From positions 1-64,000 of the forward strand of contig JBBRLQ010000017.1 of the NCBI GenBank assembly GCA_038231275.1: a DNA stretch of 64,000 bases, written 5' to 3'. The notes below the pieces were generated by a model. It did no database searches. It had not been told where the DNA came from and saw only the letters and a list, made by a program, of their open reading frames with translations. The translations under genes and the position numbers were made by a program. Shown here piece after piece: positions 29,803-38,682 of this stretch (position 1 is its first letter; the number at the start of each line of letters is the position of its first letter). This DNA comes from Polyangiales bacterium (lineage in GTDB: Bacteria; Myxococcota_A; Polyangia; Polyangiales; Polyangiaceae).

Positions 29803-31863
29803 ATGTTCGAGAGCAAGCGCGTGGTGCCGTCGGCGTTCATGTTCGCGCTCGCCGCCTCGGTCGCGCTGAGCGCGTCGTGCTCGTCGTCCACGTCGTCGGG
29901 TGGCGGCGGCGGCGCGGCGCAGGCGCTCTTCGTCGTTCCGGCGAGCCTCGACGACCTCTCCGAGGTCCACTACCTCGACCACCCATGGCCGAGCGATCTG
30001 CGAAAAGACGCCGACGGATCCGTGCACTTTGCAGGCTTGTACAACCCGCACCAGACGATCCTCCTCCGCGACTACCTCGACGCCGCGAAGGGCCTCGTGA
30101 CGGGATTTTCCCCGGTGGGAGCCGCGTACCTCCGCTTCACGGGCGACATCGATCCGGCGAGCCTTCCGAAGAGCCCGCAGGACTCGCTCGACGCCAAGGC
30201 GAGCCTCCAGCTCATCGACGTCTCGGGCGGCGCAGGCGGAGCGCGGCACATCGTACAGACGCTTTGGCGAAAAGACGAAGGCGTCTATTGGCTGCCCGAC
30301 ACGCTCGCCGTCCTCCCGGCGCTGGGCGCCCCGCTGAAGCCCGGCGCGCGGTATGCCCTCGTCGCGACACGCGCGCTTCGGAGCGCCTCGGGTAGCGCGG
30401 TCACGCCGAGCGCGGATCTCGAGGAGGTGCTGGGGACGCGCCCGGCGACACCCCGAACCGATGCGGCGCGCGCGGCGTTCGGGCCTGCGATCGCGGAGCT
30501 CGAGAAGGCCGGGATCGCGCGCGCCGACATCGCGCACCTCACGGTCTTCACGACCGCCGATCCGACCGCCGAGCTCTTCGCGGTGAACGATCACGTGCGC
30601 GCGGCCGTCCCCGCGCCCACCGTGAAGGACGGCACCTGGGCGCAAAAAGAGCAGACCGCCGACTACGACGTCTACGAAGGCACGTACGGGCCTTCGCCCA
30701 ACTACCAGGCCGGCAAGCTCCCGTTCACGCAAAAGGGCGACGGCGGAGGCTTCGCGTTCGACGCGAACAAGAAGCCGATCGTGCAAGGGACGTTCGATCT
30801 GCGCTTCTCCCTCGTGGTGCCGAACGCCGCAAAATGCAGTGCGCCCGCGAGCGGCTACCCGGTCGTGCTCTACGCGCACGGCACCGGCGGCGACTACCGC
30901 TCGATGATCTCGGACAAGACGAGCCAGGCGCTCGCGCAGCAGTGCCTGGCGTCGATGGGGATCGATCAGATCTTCCACGGCACTCGTCCCGGCGCGCCGC
31001 CGGCGAGCGATCCGAACCGCGAGGGGAACATCCAGCTCCTCTTCTTCAACCTGAACAACATCGTCGCGGCGCGCACCAACGGGCGGCAGGCGGCGATCGA
31101 CGTCACGCAGCAGGCGCGGCTGTTCTCCGATACGCACACGCAGGTGCCGGCCGCCACGTCGCGCACCGGCCAGGCGATCACGATCGACGGGAGCAAGATC
31201 CTCTTTTTCGGCCACTCGCAAGGCAGCCTCAACGGGCCGCTCTACCTCGCCGCCGATCCGAGCGCGCGGGGCGGCGTGCTCTCGGGCGCGGGCAGCATGA
31301 TCGCGGTCGCGCTGCTCGAGAAGACGAAGCCGCAGCCCAGCGTGGCGCAGGCGGTAAAGACGCTGCTCCAGCTCATCGCGCCGGACGAGCAAGCGGAGCT
31401 GTCGATCCATCACCCGATCATGAGCTTCGCACAGGCGCTCGTCGACGCGGTCGATCCCGTCAACTACGACGGGTACGTGCTCCTTCACCCTCGGCCGGGC
31501 CTCGCGCCCAAGAGCGTCTACGTGACGGAGGGCATCAACCCGGACGGCACCGGCGACTCGTATGCGCCGCCACACGGGATCGAGATCGGTGCGGTCGCGC
31601 TCGGCGTGCCGCGCATGGCGCCGGGCGTGCGTCCCGTCGCGGAGGCCGCGTTCGCGGGTCTGGGCGACGTCACCATCCCCGCCGCCGGTCTCGCGGGAAA
31701 CCTCGCGGGCGGAAGGGCGAGCGGCGTGCTCGCGCAGTGGCAGCCGCCGCCCACGCGTGACGGTCACTTCGTGGTCTTCGACGTCCCGCAAGCGCGCGCG
31801 CAGGCGGCTTCGTTTTGCAAGAACCTCGCGGACGATCCGATCGGCAAGGTCCCCGCGCCGTGA
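29803..31863 (+). CDS. Large alpha/beta-hydrolase (lipase-like) lipoprotein
   Basis: SASC lipobox, PWPSD, YAHGTGG, GHSQG nucleophile elbow, C-terminal DGHF. Confidence 0.82.
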   Translation: MFESKRVVPSAFMFALAASVALSASCSSSTSSGGGGGAAQALFVVPASLDDLSEVHYLDHPWPSDLRKDADGSVHFAGLYNPHQTILLRDYLDAAKGLVTGFSPVGAAYLRFTGDIDPASLPKSPQDSLDAKASLQLIDVSGGAGGARHIVQTLWRKDEGVYWLPDTLAVLPALGAPLKPGARYALVATRALRSASGSAVTPSADLEEVLGTRPATPRTDAARAAFGPAIAELEKAGIARADIAHLTVFTTADPTAELFAVNDHVRAAVPAPTVKDGTWAQKEQTADYDVYEGTYGPSPNYQAGKLPFTQKGDGGGFAFDANKKPIVQGTFDLRFSLVVPNAAKCSAPASGYPVVLYAHGTGGDYRSMISDKTSQALAQQCLASMGIDQIFHGTRPGAPPASDPNREGNIQLLFFNLNNIVAARTNGRQAAIDVTQQARLFSDTHTQVPAATSRTGQAITIDGSKILFFGHSQGSLNGPLYLAADPSARGGVLSGAGSMIAVALLEKTKPQPSVAQAVKTLLQLIAPDEQAELSIHHPIMSFAQALVDAVDPVNYDGYVLLHPRPGLAPKSVYVTEGINPDGTGDSYAPPHGIEIGAVALGVPRMAPGVRPVAEAAFAGLGDVTIPAAGLAGNLAGGRASGVLAQWQPPPTRDGHFVVFDVPQARAQAASFCKNLADDPIGKVPAP

Positions 31864-32006
31864 GGATCAGAAACTAACCTGGAAAAATTCGCTGTTTCGG
31901 GCGTAGGTGCCGACGCGCCCGGCGTGACATCGACCTTTAGGCGCGAGCGACGCGCGAGGCACCAGGCCGCGACGAACGCCGCCTTCGCAGCGAGCCTCGC
32001 ACGCCG

Positions 32007-35000
32007 TCAGACCGGATCGCGGCGCTTCAAGAGAATGAGGAGCGCGAGCATCATGAAGAGGGTCATCCCGTAGAGGATCCCGAGCGGCACCGCCGGCTGA
32101 TCCCACTCGATGAAGCCCCACGCGCCGGCGATGGTGTCGCTGGCCATTTGGGCCGTCGCGCAGTCGAAGTGTCCGCCCGCGACGAAGTCGGGCGGGCTCG
32201 TGAGGGTCGGCTGGTGCAGATCGATGTTCCACGCCGGTTGTTGCGCGATCGCGCTTCGTTCCCAGGCGATCGACCCTTCGAAGCCCCAGCGCGCCGGCAT
32301 CACGTACATGAGCGGCCGCAAGACCGGGTTCGTCGTCATCGGGACGATGAGGCCGCCCAAGACGACCTGCGGGATGAGCGCGATGGGCGTGAGCGCCATC
32401 GCCGCCTCGGCGCTCGCCACCACCGTCGACAGCAAGAGGCCCAGCGCCGTCGCGTTCATCGACACCGCCACCATCGCCGCGAGCTCCATCAAGAACGCCA
32501 CCGGCCCGCCCTCGAAGCCCAGCGTGAAGAACACGATCGACAGGAGCGTCGCGCATTGGATGAGGCACACCAGCGAGAGGAGCAGGTACTTGCTCATCAC
32601 GTAGTTGAAGAGATTCAGGTTCACCATGCGCTCACGCAGGTAAATCGCGCGCTCGGTGACGATCTCGCGAGCGGCGTTGCTGGTGCCGAACCACACGCAG
32701 CTGACGACGACGAAGAACATCGCGCCGGTGTGATCGGCGGTCGGCTTCATTTGGCTGAGGAGGTTCGACGTCGAGCCGGCGCTGGGATTTCGCGTCTGCA
32801 AATCTTGGAGCGCGCCGAGGCACCAGAACGGCACCGCCTCCTTCTGGCCTCCGAAGACCGTCGCGAGCATGAGCCCGATGACCGGCGCCTGGAGGAACAT
32901 GATCGCCGCGCCCGCGCGATCGCGAATCTTCACCTTCCAGTACCGCGAGAGCAGGAGGCCGAGCTGCGGCAAGAGCGCGACGCTGCCCCGCTTGGGCACG
33001 CCGCGGGCGGCCGGTTCGGTACCGACGGCCCGATTGCCCGAGAACATGCGCTGGAAGACGGCGTTGTTCGGTTGGAAGAACTCCGCGCGCCACTGCCTCG
33101 CCGCCTCGAGCCGCGCGGTGTTGCGCGAGACCGTCGGATCGGCGCGCTTCATCTCTTCGAGCACGGCGCGCTCGCGGAGGTTCAGCATGTCGAACATGTC
33201 GCGCGGGTTGTCGAGGTGCTTGATCGCCGTCGTCGCGAACTGGCGGTACGGGCTGTTCTCGCGCTCGAGGAGCGAGCCGAAGAAGCGGTACGCGCTCTCG
33301 TTGGCGGGGCCGAAATACGTGGGAATTCCGCCGTAGCCCATGATGAACGCGAGATTGAATTTCTCGAACTCGTCCTTCGCGGGCTGGTGGATGGTCATGA
33401 TGATCGTCTTGCCCGTCTTCTTCGTGAGATCGTGGAGCAAGTTGATCAGGGCAGTCGTGTCGTCGGCGGCGAGGCCGCTCGTGGGCTCGTCGAGGAAGAG
33501 GATGACCGGATCGGTGACGAGCTCGAGGGCGATGTTGACGCGCTTTCGCTGCCCGCCGGAAAGCACCTTCTTCTCCGGCTTGCCGATCTGGAGGTTCCTC
33601 ACCGCCTCGAGGCCGAGATCGCGCAGCGTCTGGTCGACGCGCTCGTCGATCTCTTTCTCCGTGTAGTCCGGCGGGAGGCGGAAGCGCGCCGAGTACTTCA
33701 CCGCCTCGAAGACGGTGAGCTCGGGGTGGACGATGTCGTCCTGCGGGACGTAGCCGATCGAGCCACGGAGCGCGTCGTAGATGAGGTAGAGGTCCTCGCC
33801 GTTGATGCGGACCTGGCCGCTCGTGGGCGGCAAATAGCCGTTCAGCGTGAGGAGCAGCGTGGTCTTGCCGGCGCCGCTCGGCCCCATCAGCGCGATCATG
33901 TCGCCCGGGAGCGCCTTGAACGACACGTGATCAAGCAGGACCTTCTGCTGCGCCTTGTTGTCGCGATCGGGGACCGAGAGGAAGAGATCCCACGCCTCGA
34001 TCTCATAGAGCGGCTTGCCGGCCCACGACACCTGGTCCTCGACGACGACGTTGACCTGCTGGCCCGCCACCTGGATGACGAGCGGCATCGGGCCGATGTA
34101 GATCTTCTCGCCGTTCGCGATCGCGACCTTCTGGCCGGGCGGGATGCGCTGGCCGCGGACGAACGTGCCGTTCGCGCTCTTCAGGTCCTCGAGGAAGAGC
34201 TGGCCGCCCTGGTTGATGATCTGCGCGTGGCGCGAGCTCGCCTGCGGGTGGGGGACGACGATCTTGTTGTCGGGCGTTCGGCCGATGGAGATGACGGCGG
34301 ACGCCATGTTCTCGAGGGAGAGCTCGCCGATGATCGTGCGGTGCTTGCGCGGGCTCCCGCCATCGGAGGCGTGCGCGGCGGCAGGAGCAGGCGCGGCGCC
34401 GGCAGGAGCGGGCGCGGCGGCGGGGGGGGCAGGCGGGCCAGGCGGGGCAGGAGGGGCAGGAGGGGCGCCGACCGATGCGGGCCCGGCAGAACCGGCGCCG
34501 CCTTGCTGCGCGATGGCCTGCGCGAGCTGCACGAGGACCGACACGGGAACGGGGACGGGGCCGAACGTGAGAAAGCCATTCGGGTCGAGCGGGACCGGCT
34601 GGTTGGCGGCGATGCGCTGACCGCCGACGTAGGTGCCGCTGGTCGATCCGTGATCGGTGACGACCATGCGATCGAGCATCACCGTGGCGTGGAGCGAGCT
34701 CACCGCCGCGTGCGCGATGACGAGCGACGCGCGCCCCGCCTCGCGGCCGACGATGATGTGGCCGCGAGGCGCCGGCGCCTGACCCGGCGCCATGAGCATC
34801 ATCGCGATGGCCGGATGCGCCAGTGGCACCGGCGTCTGCCCGACGACGAACTGCGTGCGAAAATCGAAGGCCACCGGCTGCCCGGGCGCTACGGGACCGC
34901 CGTTTGCGGTGGATGGGCCGGCGCCTCCGTCGATGAAGACGAGCAGTCCGTTCTGCTTCACGATGCGCGCGTGCTGGGGCGCGACGCCGGGCCCTTGCAA

Positions 35001-35063
35001 AAGGACGTCGCACCCGGGGGCGCTGCCGATTGAGATCTGCTCTTTGCCCAGGCCGGGGATCAT
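32007..35063 (-). CDS. Triple-FHA ABC transporter (ATPase + ABC2 permease fusion, Rv1747-like architecture)
   Basis: Three FHA-like domains, GPSGAGKT, LSGGQRKR, LFLDEPTSGL, TIHQP and six C-terminal TMs. Confidence 0.92.
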   Translation of the reverse strand: MIPGLGKEQISIGSAPGCDVLLQGPGVAPQHARIVKQNGLLVFIDGGAGPSTANGGPVAPGQPVAFDFRTQFVVGQTPVPLAHPAIAMMLMAPGQAPAPRGHIIVGREAGRASLVIAHAAVSSLHATVMLDRMVVTDHGSTSGTYVGGQRIAANQPVPLDPNGFLTFGPVPVPVSVLVQLAQAIAQQGGAGSAGPASVGAPPAPPAPPGPPAPPAAAPAPAGAAPAPAAAHASDGGSPRKHRTIIGELSLENMASAVISIGRTPDNKIVVPHPQASSRHAQIINQGGQLFLEDLKSANGTFVRGQRIPPGQKVAIANGEKIYIGPMPLVIQVAGQQVNVVVEDQVSWAGKPLYEIEAWDLFLSVPDRDNKAQQKVLLDHVSFKALPGDMIALMGPSGAGKTTLLLTLNGYLPPTSGQVRINGEDLYLIYDALRGSIGYVPQDDIVHPELTVFEAVKYSARFRLPPDYTEKEIDERVDQTLRDLGLEAVRNLQIGKPEKKVLSGGQRKRVNIALELVTDPVILFLDEPTSGLAADDTTALINLLHDLTKKTGKTIIMTIHQPAKDEFEKFNLAFIMGYGGIPTYFGPANESAYRFFGSLLERENSPYRQFATTAIKHLDNPRDMFDMLNLRERAVLEEMKRADPTVSRNTARLEAARQWRAEFFQPNNAVFQRMFSGNRAVGTEPAARGVPKRGSVALLPQLGLLLSRYWKVKIRDRAGAAIMFLQAPVIGLMLATVFGGQKEAVPFWCLGALQDLQTRNPSAGSTSNLLSQMKPTADHTGAMFFVVVSCVWFGTSNAAREIVTERAIYLRERMVNLNLFNYVMSKYLLLSLVCLIQCATLLSIVFFTLGFEGGPVAFLMELAAMVAVSMNATALGLLLSTVVASAEAAMALTPIALIPQVVLGGLIVPMTTNPVLRPLMYVMPARWGFEGSIAWERSAIAQQPAWNIDLHQPTLTSPPDFVAGGHFDCATAQMASDTIAGAWGFIEWDQPAVPLGILYGMTLFMMLALLILLKRRDPV

Positions 35064-35146
35064 CGGGTCTGCACTCTAACAGAGGTCGCGAGATTCCAAA
35101 CCCGCTTGATTTCGCAGAGATGAGCGCGCCTGCGCCGACGCTCCCA

Positions 35147-36727
35147 TCACTGCGTCGAGATCCCCTCACGGCGGCCACGGAGGACGAACTTCTGAACCTT
35201 GCCGGTCGCCGTCTTCGGCAGCTCTGCGACGAAATGGAACGCCTGAGGGCACTTGAAGTGGGCGAGGCGCTTGCGCACGAAATCGCGGAGCGCGGCGGCG
35301 GTCGGCGGAGGCACCGCGCTCCCGCGAAGGACCACGAACGCGTGCGGGGCCTCGCCCCATTTCTCGTCAGGCATGCCCACGACCGCGACCTCGAGGATCG
35401 ACGCGTGCTGGAGGAGCACGCCCTCGACCTCGACCGACGAGATGTTCTCGCCGCCGCTGATGATCACGTCCTTGATCCGATCGCGGACCTCGACGTAGTG
35501 GTCCGGGTGCACGACCGCGGCGTCGCCGGAGTGGAAGTAGCCGCCACGGAGCGCCGCCGCCGTCGCCTCGGCGTCCTCGTAGTAGCCCTTCATGACGACG
35601 TTGCCGCGGACGACGATCTCGCCGCGCGTCTCGCCGTCGTGCGGGACCTCCACGCCGCTCTCGTCGACGACGAGCAGCTCGCCCGACGTGATGAGCTCGA
35701 CGCCTTGGCGTGCCTTGAGCACCGAGCGCTCCTCCGGCGAGAGGCGCGCGTGCTCGGGGAGCACCTCGCAGATCGTGATGAACGGGGCGGTCTCCGTGAG
35801 GCCGTAGACGTGGAGGATGTCCCACCCGAGCTCCCCCTCGACGCGCGCGATCGTCGCGGCGGCGGGCGGCGCACCGGCGGTGAGCACGCGAATTCCGCGC
35901 GGCGCGCGACGACGCAGCTCGTCGGGTGCGCTCGCGATCGCGATGAGCACCGTCGGCGCCGCGCAGAGCATCGTGATCGACTCCTTCTCGAGCTCGGCGA
36001 AGATGCGCGCGGGCTCGACCCGGCGGAGGCACACGTGCGTGCCGCCTACGGCGGTCACGACCCACGTGAACGTCCAGCCGTTCGCGTGGAACATCGGGAG
36101 CGTCCACAGGTACCGATCGGCGGCCGTCATGTGGACGTGCACCAGCACGCCGATCGCGTTCAGGTACGCGTTGCGGTGCGTGATCATCACGCCCTTCGGC
36201 CGCGCGGTCGTCCCGCTCGTGTAGTTGATCGTGAGGAGATCGGTCTCCTCGATCGCGGGGCGAACGACGCTCGCGGCCGAGGATGCGGTGAGCTCCGCCT
36301 CGTAGTCGAGCCACCCGTCGCGCTTCCCTTCGAGCGCGACGAAATGCGCGACGCCAGGGATCCGATCGCGGATGCCGTCGATCAGTTCGAGGTACTCTGG
36401 CGCGGCGCAGACGATCTTCGCGCCGCTATGCCCGATGATGTACGCGAAGTCGTCGGCGGTGAGGCGGTAGTTGATCGGCACGACCACGCCGCCGATCTGC
36501 GGCACGGCGTAGAACGACGCGAGCTGCGCGTGCGTGTTCGGCGCGATGTACGCGACGCGATCGCCTTTCCGGACGCCCAGCCGCTGGAGCGCCGAGGACC
36601 ACCGATCGCAGCGATCGAAGAACTGCTCATACGTGAGACGGACCTCGCCATCGACGACCGCCTCCCGCGGGCCGTGCAAGCGGCGCGTGCGGCGCATGAA
36701 CTCGAGCGGCGTCAACGCGATCTCCAT
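35147..36727 (-). CDS. Acyl-CoA synthetase (AMP-forming)
   Basis: LTPLEF, YTSGTTARPKG, YGLTET, FHSGD and LPKTATGK. Confidence 0.93.
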   Translation of the reverse strand: MEIALTPLEFMRRTRRLHGPREAVVDGEVRLTYEQFFDRCDRWSSALQRLGVRKGDRVAYIAPNTHAQLASFYAVPQIGGVVVPINYRLTADDFAYIIGHSGAKIVCAAPEYLELIDGIRDRIPGVAHFVALEGKRDGWLDYEAELTASSAASVVRPAIEETDLLTINYTSGTTARPKGVMITHRNAYLNAIGVLVHVHMTAADRYLWTLPMFHANGWTFTWVVTAVGGTHVCLRRVEPARIFAELEKESITMLCAAPTVLIAIASAPDELRRRAPRGIRVLTAGAPPAAATIARVEGELGWDILHVYGLTETAPFITICEVLPEHARLSPEERSVLKARQGVELITSGELLVVDESGVEVPHDGETRGEIVVRGNVVMKGYYEDAEATAAALRGGYFHSGDAAVVHPDHYVEVRDRIKDVIISGGENISSVEVEGVLLQHASILEVAVVGMPDEKWGEAPHAFVVLRGSAVPPPTAAALRDFVRKRLAHFKCPQAFHFVAELPKTATGKVQKFVLRGRREGISTQ

Positions 36728-36799
36728 TGTTCCTCCCGTGATTCCGCAGATATGCACCCTACTTTGGGGGGCAGGCATTTGTAAGCTACACTCGATCGG

Positions 36800-37510
36800 A
36801 TGCTCGCAGCGTCGCCGTTTCGAGCCATCGCGGGCTCGCTGATCGTGTCGCTGTTCTTCACGCCGCGCGTGGAGACGGAGCAGCCGCGCGACCGTGCGTT
36901 CGCCTCGCATACGCTGGCGCCGGAGGAGAAAGAGGCGCGGGATCCGCTGGGGCCGGTGCTGCCGTGGGCCGCCGTGCTCCCCGAGGTGGCGGTCGTGTGT
37001 GCGAACACGAACGCCGAGGCGAACGTCCTCCTCTATCGCGTCGACGGCGTCGTCGACGACACCGCGCTCGACACCTTCATGCAGACGGTCGCCGAGAACG
37101 ACGACGTCCGCACGATCAACATCCGCACCGTGCAGCTCGCGTTCAAGGCGGCGTACCACTTCAAGTCGCCGAAGATGTTCGTCGTCTCGTCGTGGCGGCG
37201 CGGGCACGGACCACACGCCACCGGCGACGCGCTCGATTTTCGCCTCCAGGGCGTCGGCGCCGCGCGGCTCGCCGCGTACCTGCGTGGGCTGCCGCGCGCG
37301 GGCGTCGGGATCTACACGCACCCGCAGACGCAGTACGTCCACCTCGACGCGCGCGATCAGAGCTTCCACTGGCTCGACGCATCACCGCCCGGAAGAACGT
37401 GGCGCGAGGCGCCGCTCGGCGACAAGAAGCGCGACGAGCGCGACGCGTCTTGGACCGAGGCGACGGACCTTCCGACCGATCCCCCGGCCAAGGATCTGCC
37501 CAAAAAATAA
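36800..37510 (+). CDS. DUF882/YcbK (peptidase M15-like) protein
   Basis: SSWR...H..GDALDF, GVGIY and YVHLD with H/D/H Zn ligands. Confidence 0.82.
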   Translation: MLAASPFRAIAGSLIVSLFFTPRVETEQPRDRAFASHTLAPEEKEARDPLGPVLPWAAVLPEVAVVCANTNAEANVLLYRVDGVVDDTALDTFMQTVAENDDVRTINIRTVQLAFKAAYHFKSPKMFVVSSWRRGHGPHATGDALDFRLQGVGAARLAAYLRGLPRAGVGIYTHPQTQYVHLDARDQSFHWLDASPPGRTWREAPLGDKKRDERDASWTEATDLPTDPPAKDLPKK

Positions 37511-37518
37511 GCGTTCCG

Positions 37519-38682
37519 TCAGCGCCGCGGGCGCGCAGACGCATCCGGCAAGCGAAGCGGCTCGAGCGCCGCGTCGACTCCATCGGAAGACGCGGGCGCG
37601 ATCGCGGAGGGCATCGTGGTCGGGTCCATCGGGTGGAGCTCCACCTCGGGATGCATCACCTTGGGCACCGGGAGCGGCTCGACCAACGGCGGAACGGCGC
37701 GATGCTTTCCCCCGCGCTCCATGTGCGTGACGATGGCGACGATCGCGACGGCCGCGCCTACGATCGCGACGACGACCGCGATGATCATCACGACGCTGCG
37801 GCGCCGCGCGCCCGGCGCGGTCGGCTCCGGCACCGCGCGCGCGACCGCCGGGACTTGCACGATCGTGCCGGTCGTCGCGGGTTCGGTCTCCACGACCGTG
37901 GGGGCTAGCGGCTCACGCTTCGCGCGCGTGCCCTCCTTGGTGCGGAGGACCGCGGCGGTGATGTTGTCATGCCCGCCGCGCGCGTTCGCGAGCTCGACGA
38001 GCCGGGCCGCCGCATCACGCACGGGCGCGTCGCCGACCACCGCCATGATGTCGCCAGGTGAAACCAGATCGCTCAGGCCGTCCGAGCAGAGGACGAGCAC
38101 GTCGCCCGCCACGAACAGGACCGGCTGCGGCTTGACCTCGACGTCCACGTCTCCGCCGATGCCGAGCGCGCGCAGGATCTTGTTCGCCTCCGGATGGCGC
38201 GCGGCCTCGGCCGGCGAGAGCTTTCCGTCGTCGACGAGGCGCTGCACCATCGAGTGATCTTTGGTCAGCTGGAAGACTTGGCCGGCATGAACGAGGTACG
38301 CGCGGCTGTCGCCGACGTGCGCGACGTCGATCCCGTCCTCGTGGACGACCGCGGCGACGACCGTGCTACCGGGTCGGCCGCCCGCCCCGCCCTCCTCGAG
38401 CGGCGTCGTCATCGTGAAGACGCGCCGGTTAGCTTCTCGAATGGACGCGGCCAGCACGTCGCGGGCAGGCGTGCCGTCGGCGGCGCGCGCGAACGCCTCC
38501 TTCATCGTGTGGATGGCCAGGTGGCTCGCCTCGCGACCTCCTGCGTGCCCGCCCATCCCGTCGCACACGACCACGAGGCGTCCGAAACGCGTCTCCTCCT
38601 CGAGGCATGCGTCCTCGTTGACCTGCTTCTCCGGATCTCGGCCGGGATCGCTCTCGAGCGCGACTTCTAGAGCGACCGGCAT
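37519..38682 (-). CDS. PP2C-family Ser/Thr phosphatase with C-terminal TM
   Basis: NED, VCDGMGG, HVGDSRAY, LCSDGL and GGHDNIT; TGATG coupling to upstream gene. Confidence 0.93.
   Translation of the reverse strand: MPVALEVALESDPGRDPEKQVNEDACLEEETRFGRLVVVCDGMGGHAGGREASHLAIHTMKEAFARAADGTPARDVLAASIREANRRVFTMTTPLEEGGAGGRPGSTVVAAVVHEDGIDVAHVGDSRAYLVHAGQVFQLTKDHSMVQRLVDDGKLSPAEAARHPEANKILRALGIGGDVDVEVKPQPVLFVAGDVLVLCSDGLSDLVSPGDIMAVVGDAPVRDAAARLVELANARGGHDNITAAVLRTKEGTRAKREPLAPTVVETEPATTGTIVQVPAVARAVPEPTAPGARRRSVVMIIAVVVAIVGAAVAIVAIVTHMERGGKHRAVPPLVEPLPVPKVMHPEVELHPMDPTTMPSAIAPASSDGVDAALEPLRLPDASARPRR

Noticed and set aside
27511..31791. 1426-aa minus-strand ORF and many other long Arg/Ala-rich ORFs (e.g. 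18234-21347, 32148-35033, 38727-41276)
   Set aside because: Antisense or off-frame shadows of motif-bearing genes, expected at this GC content
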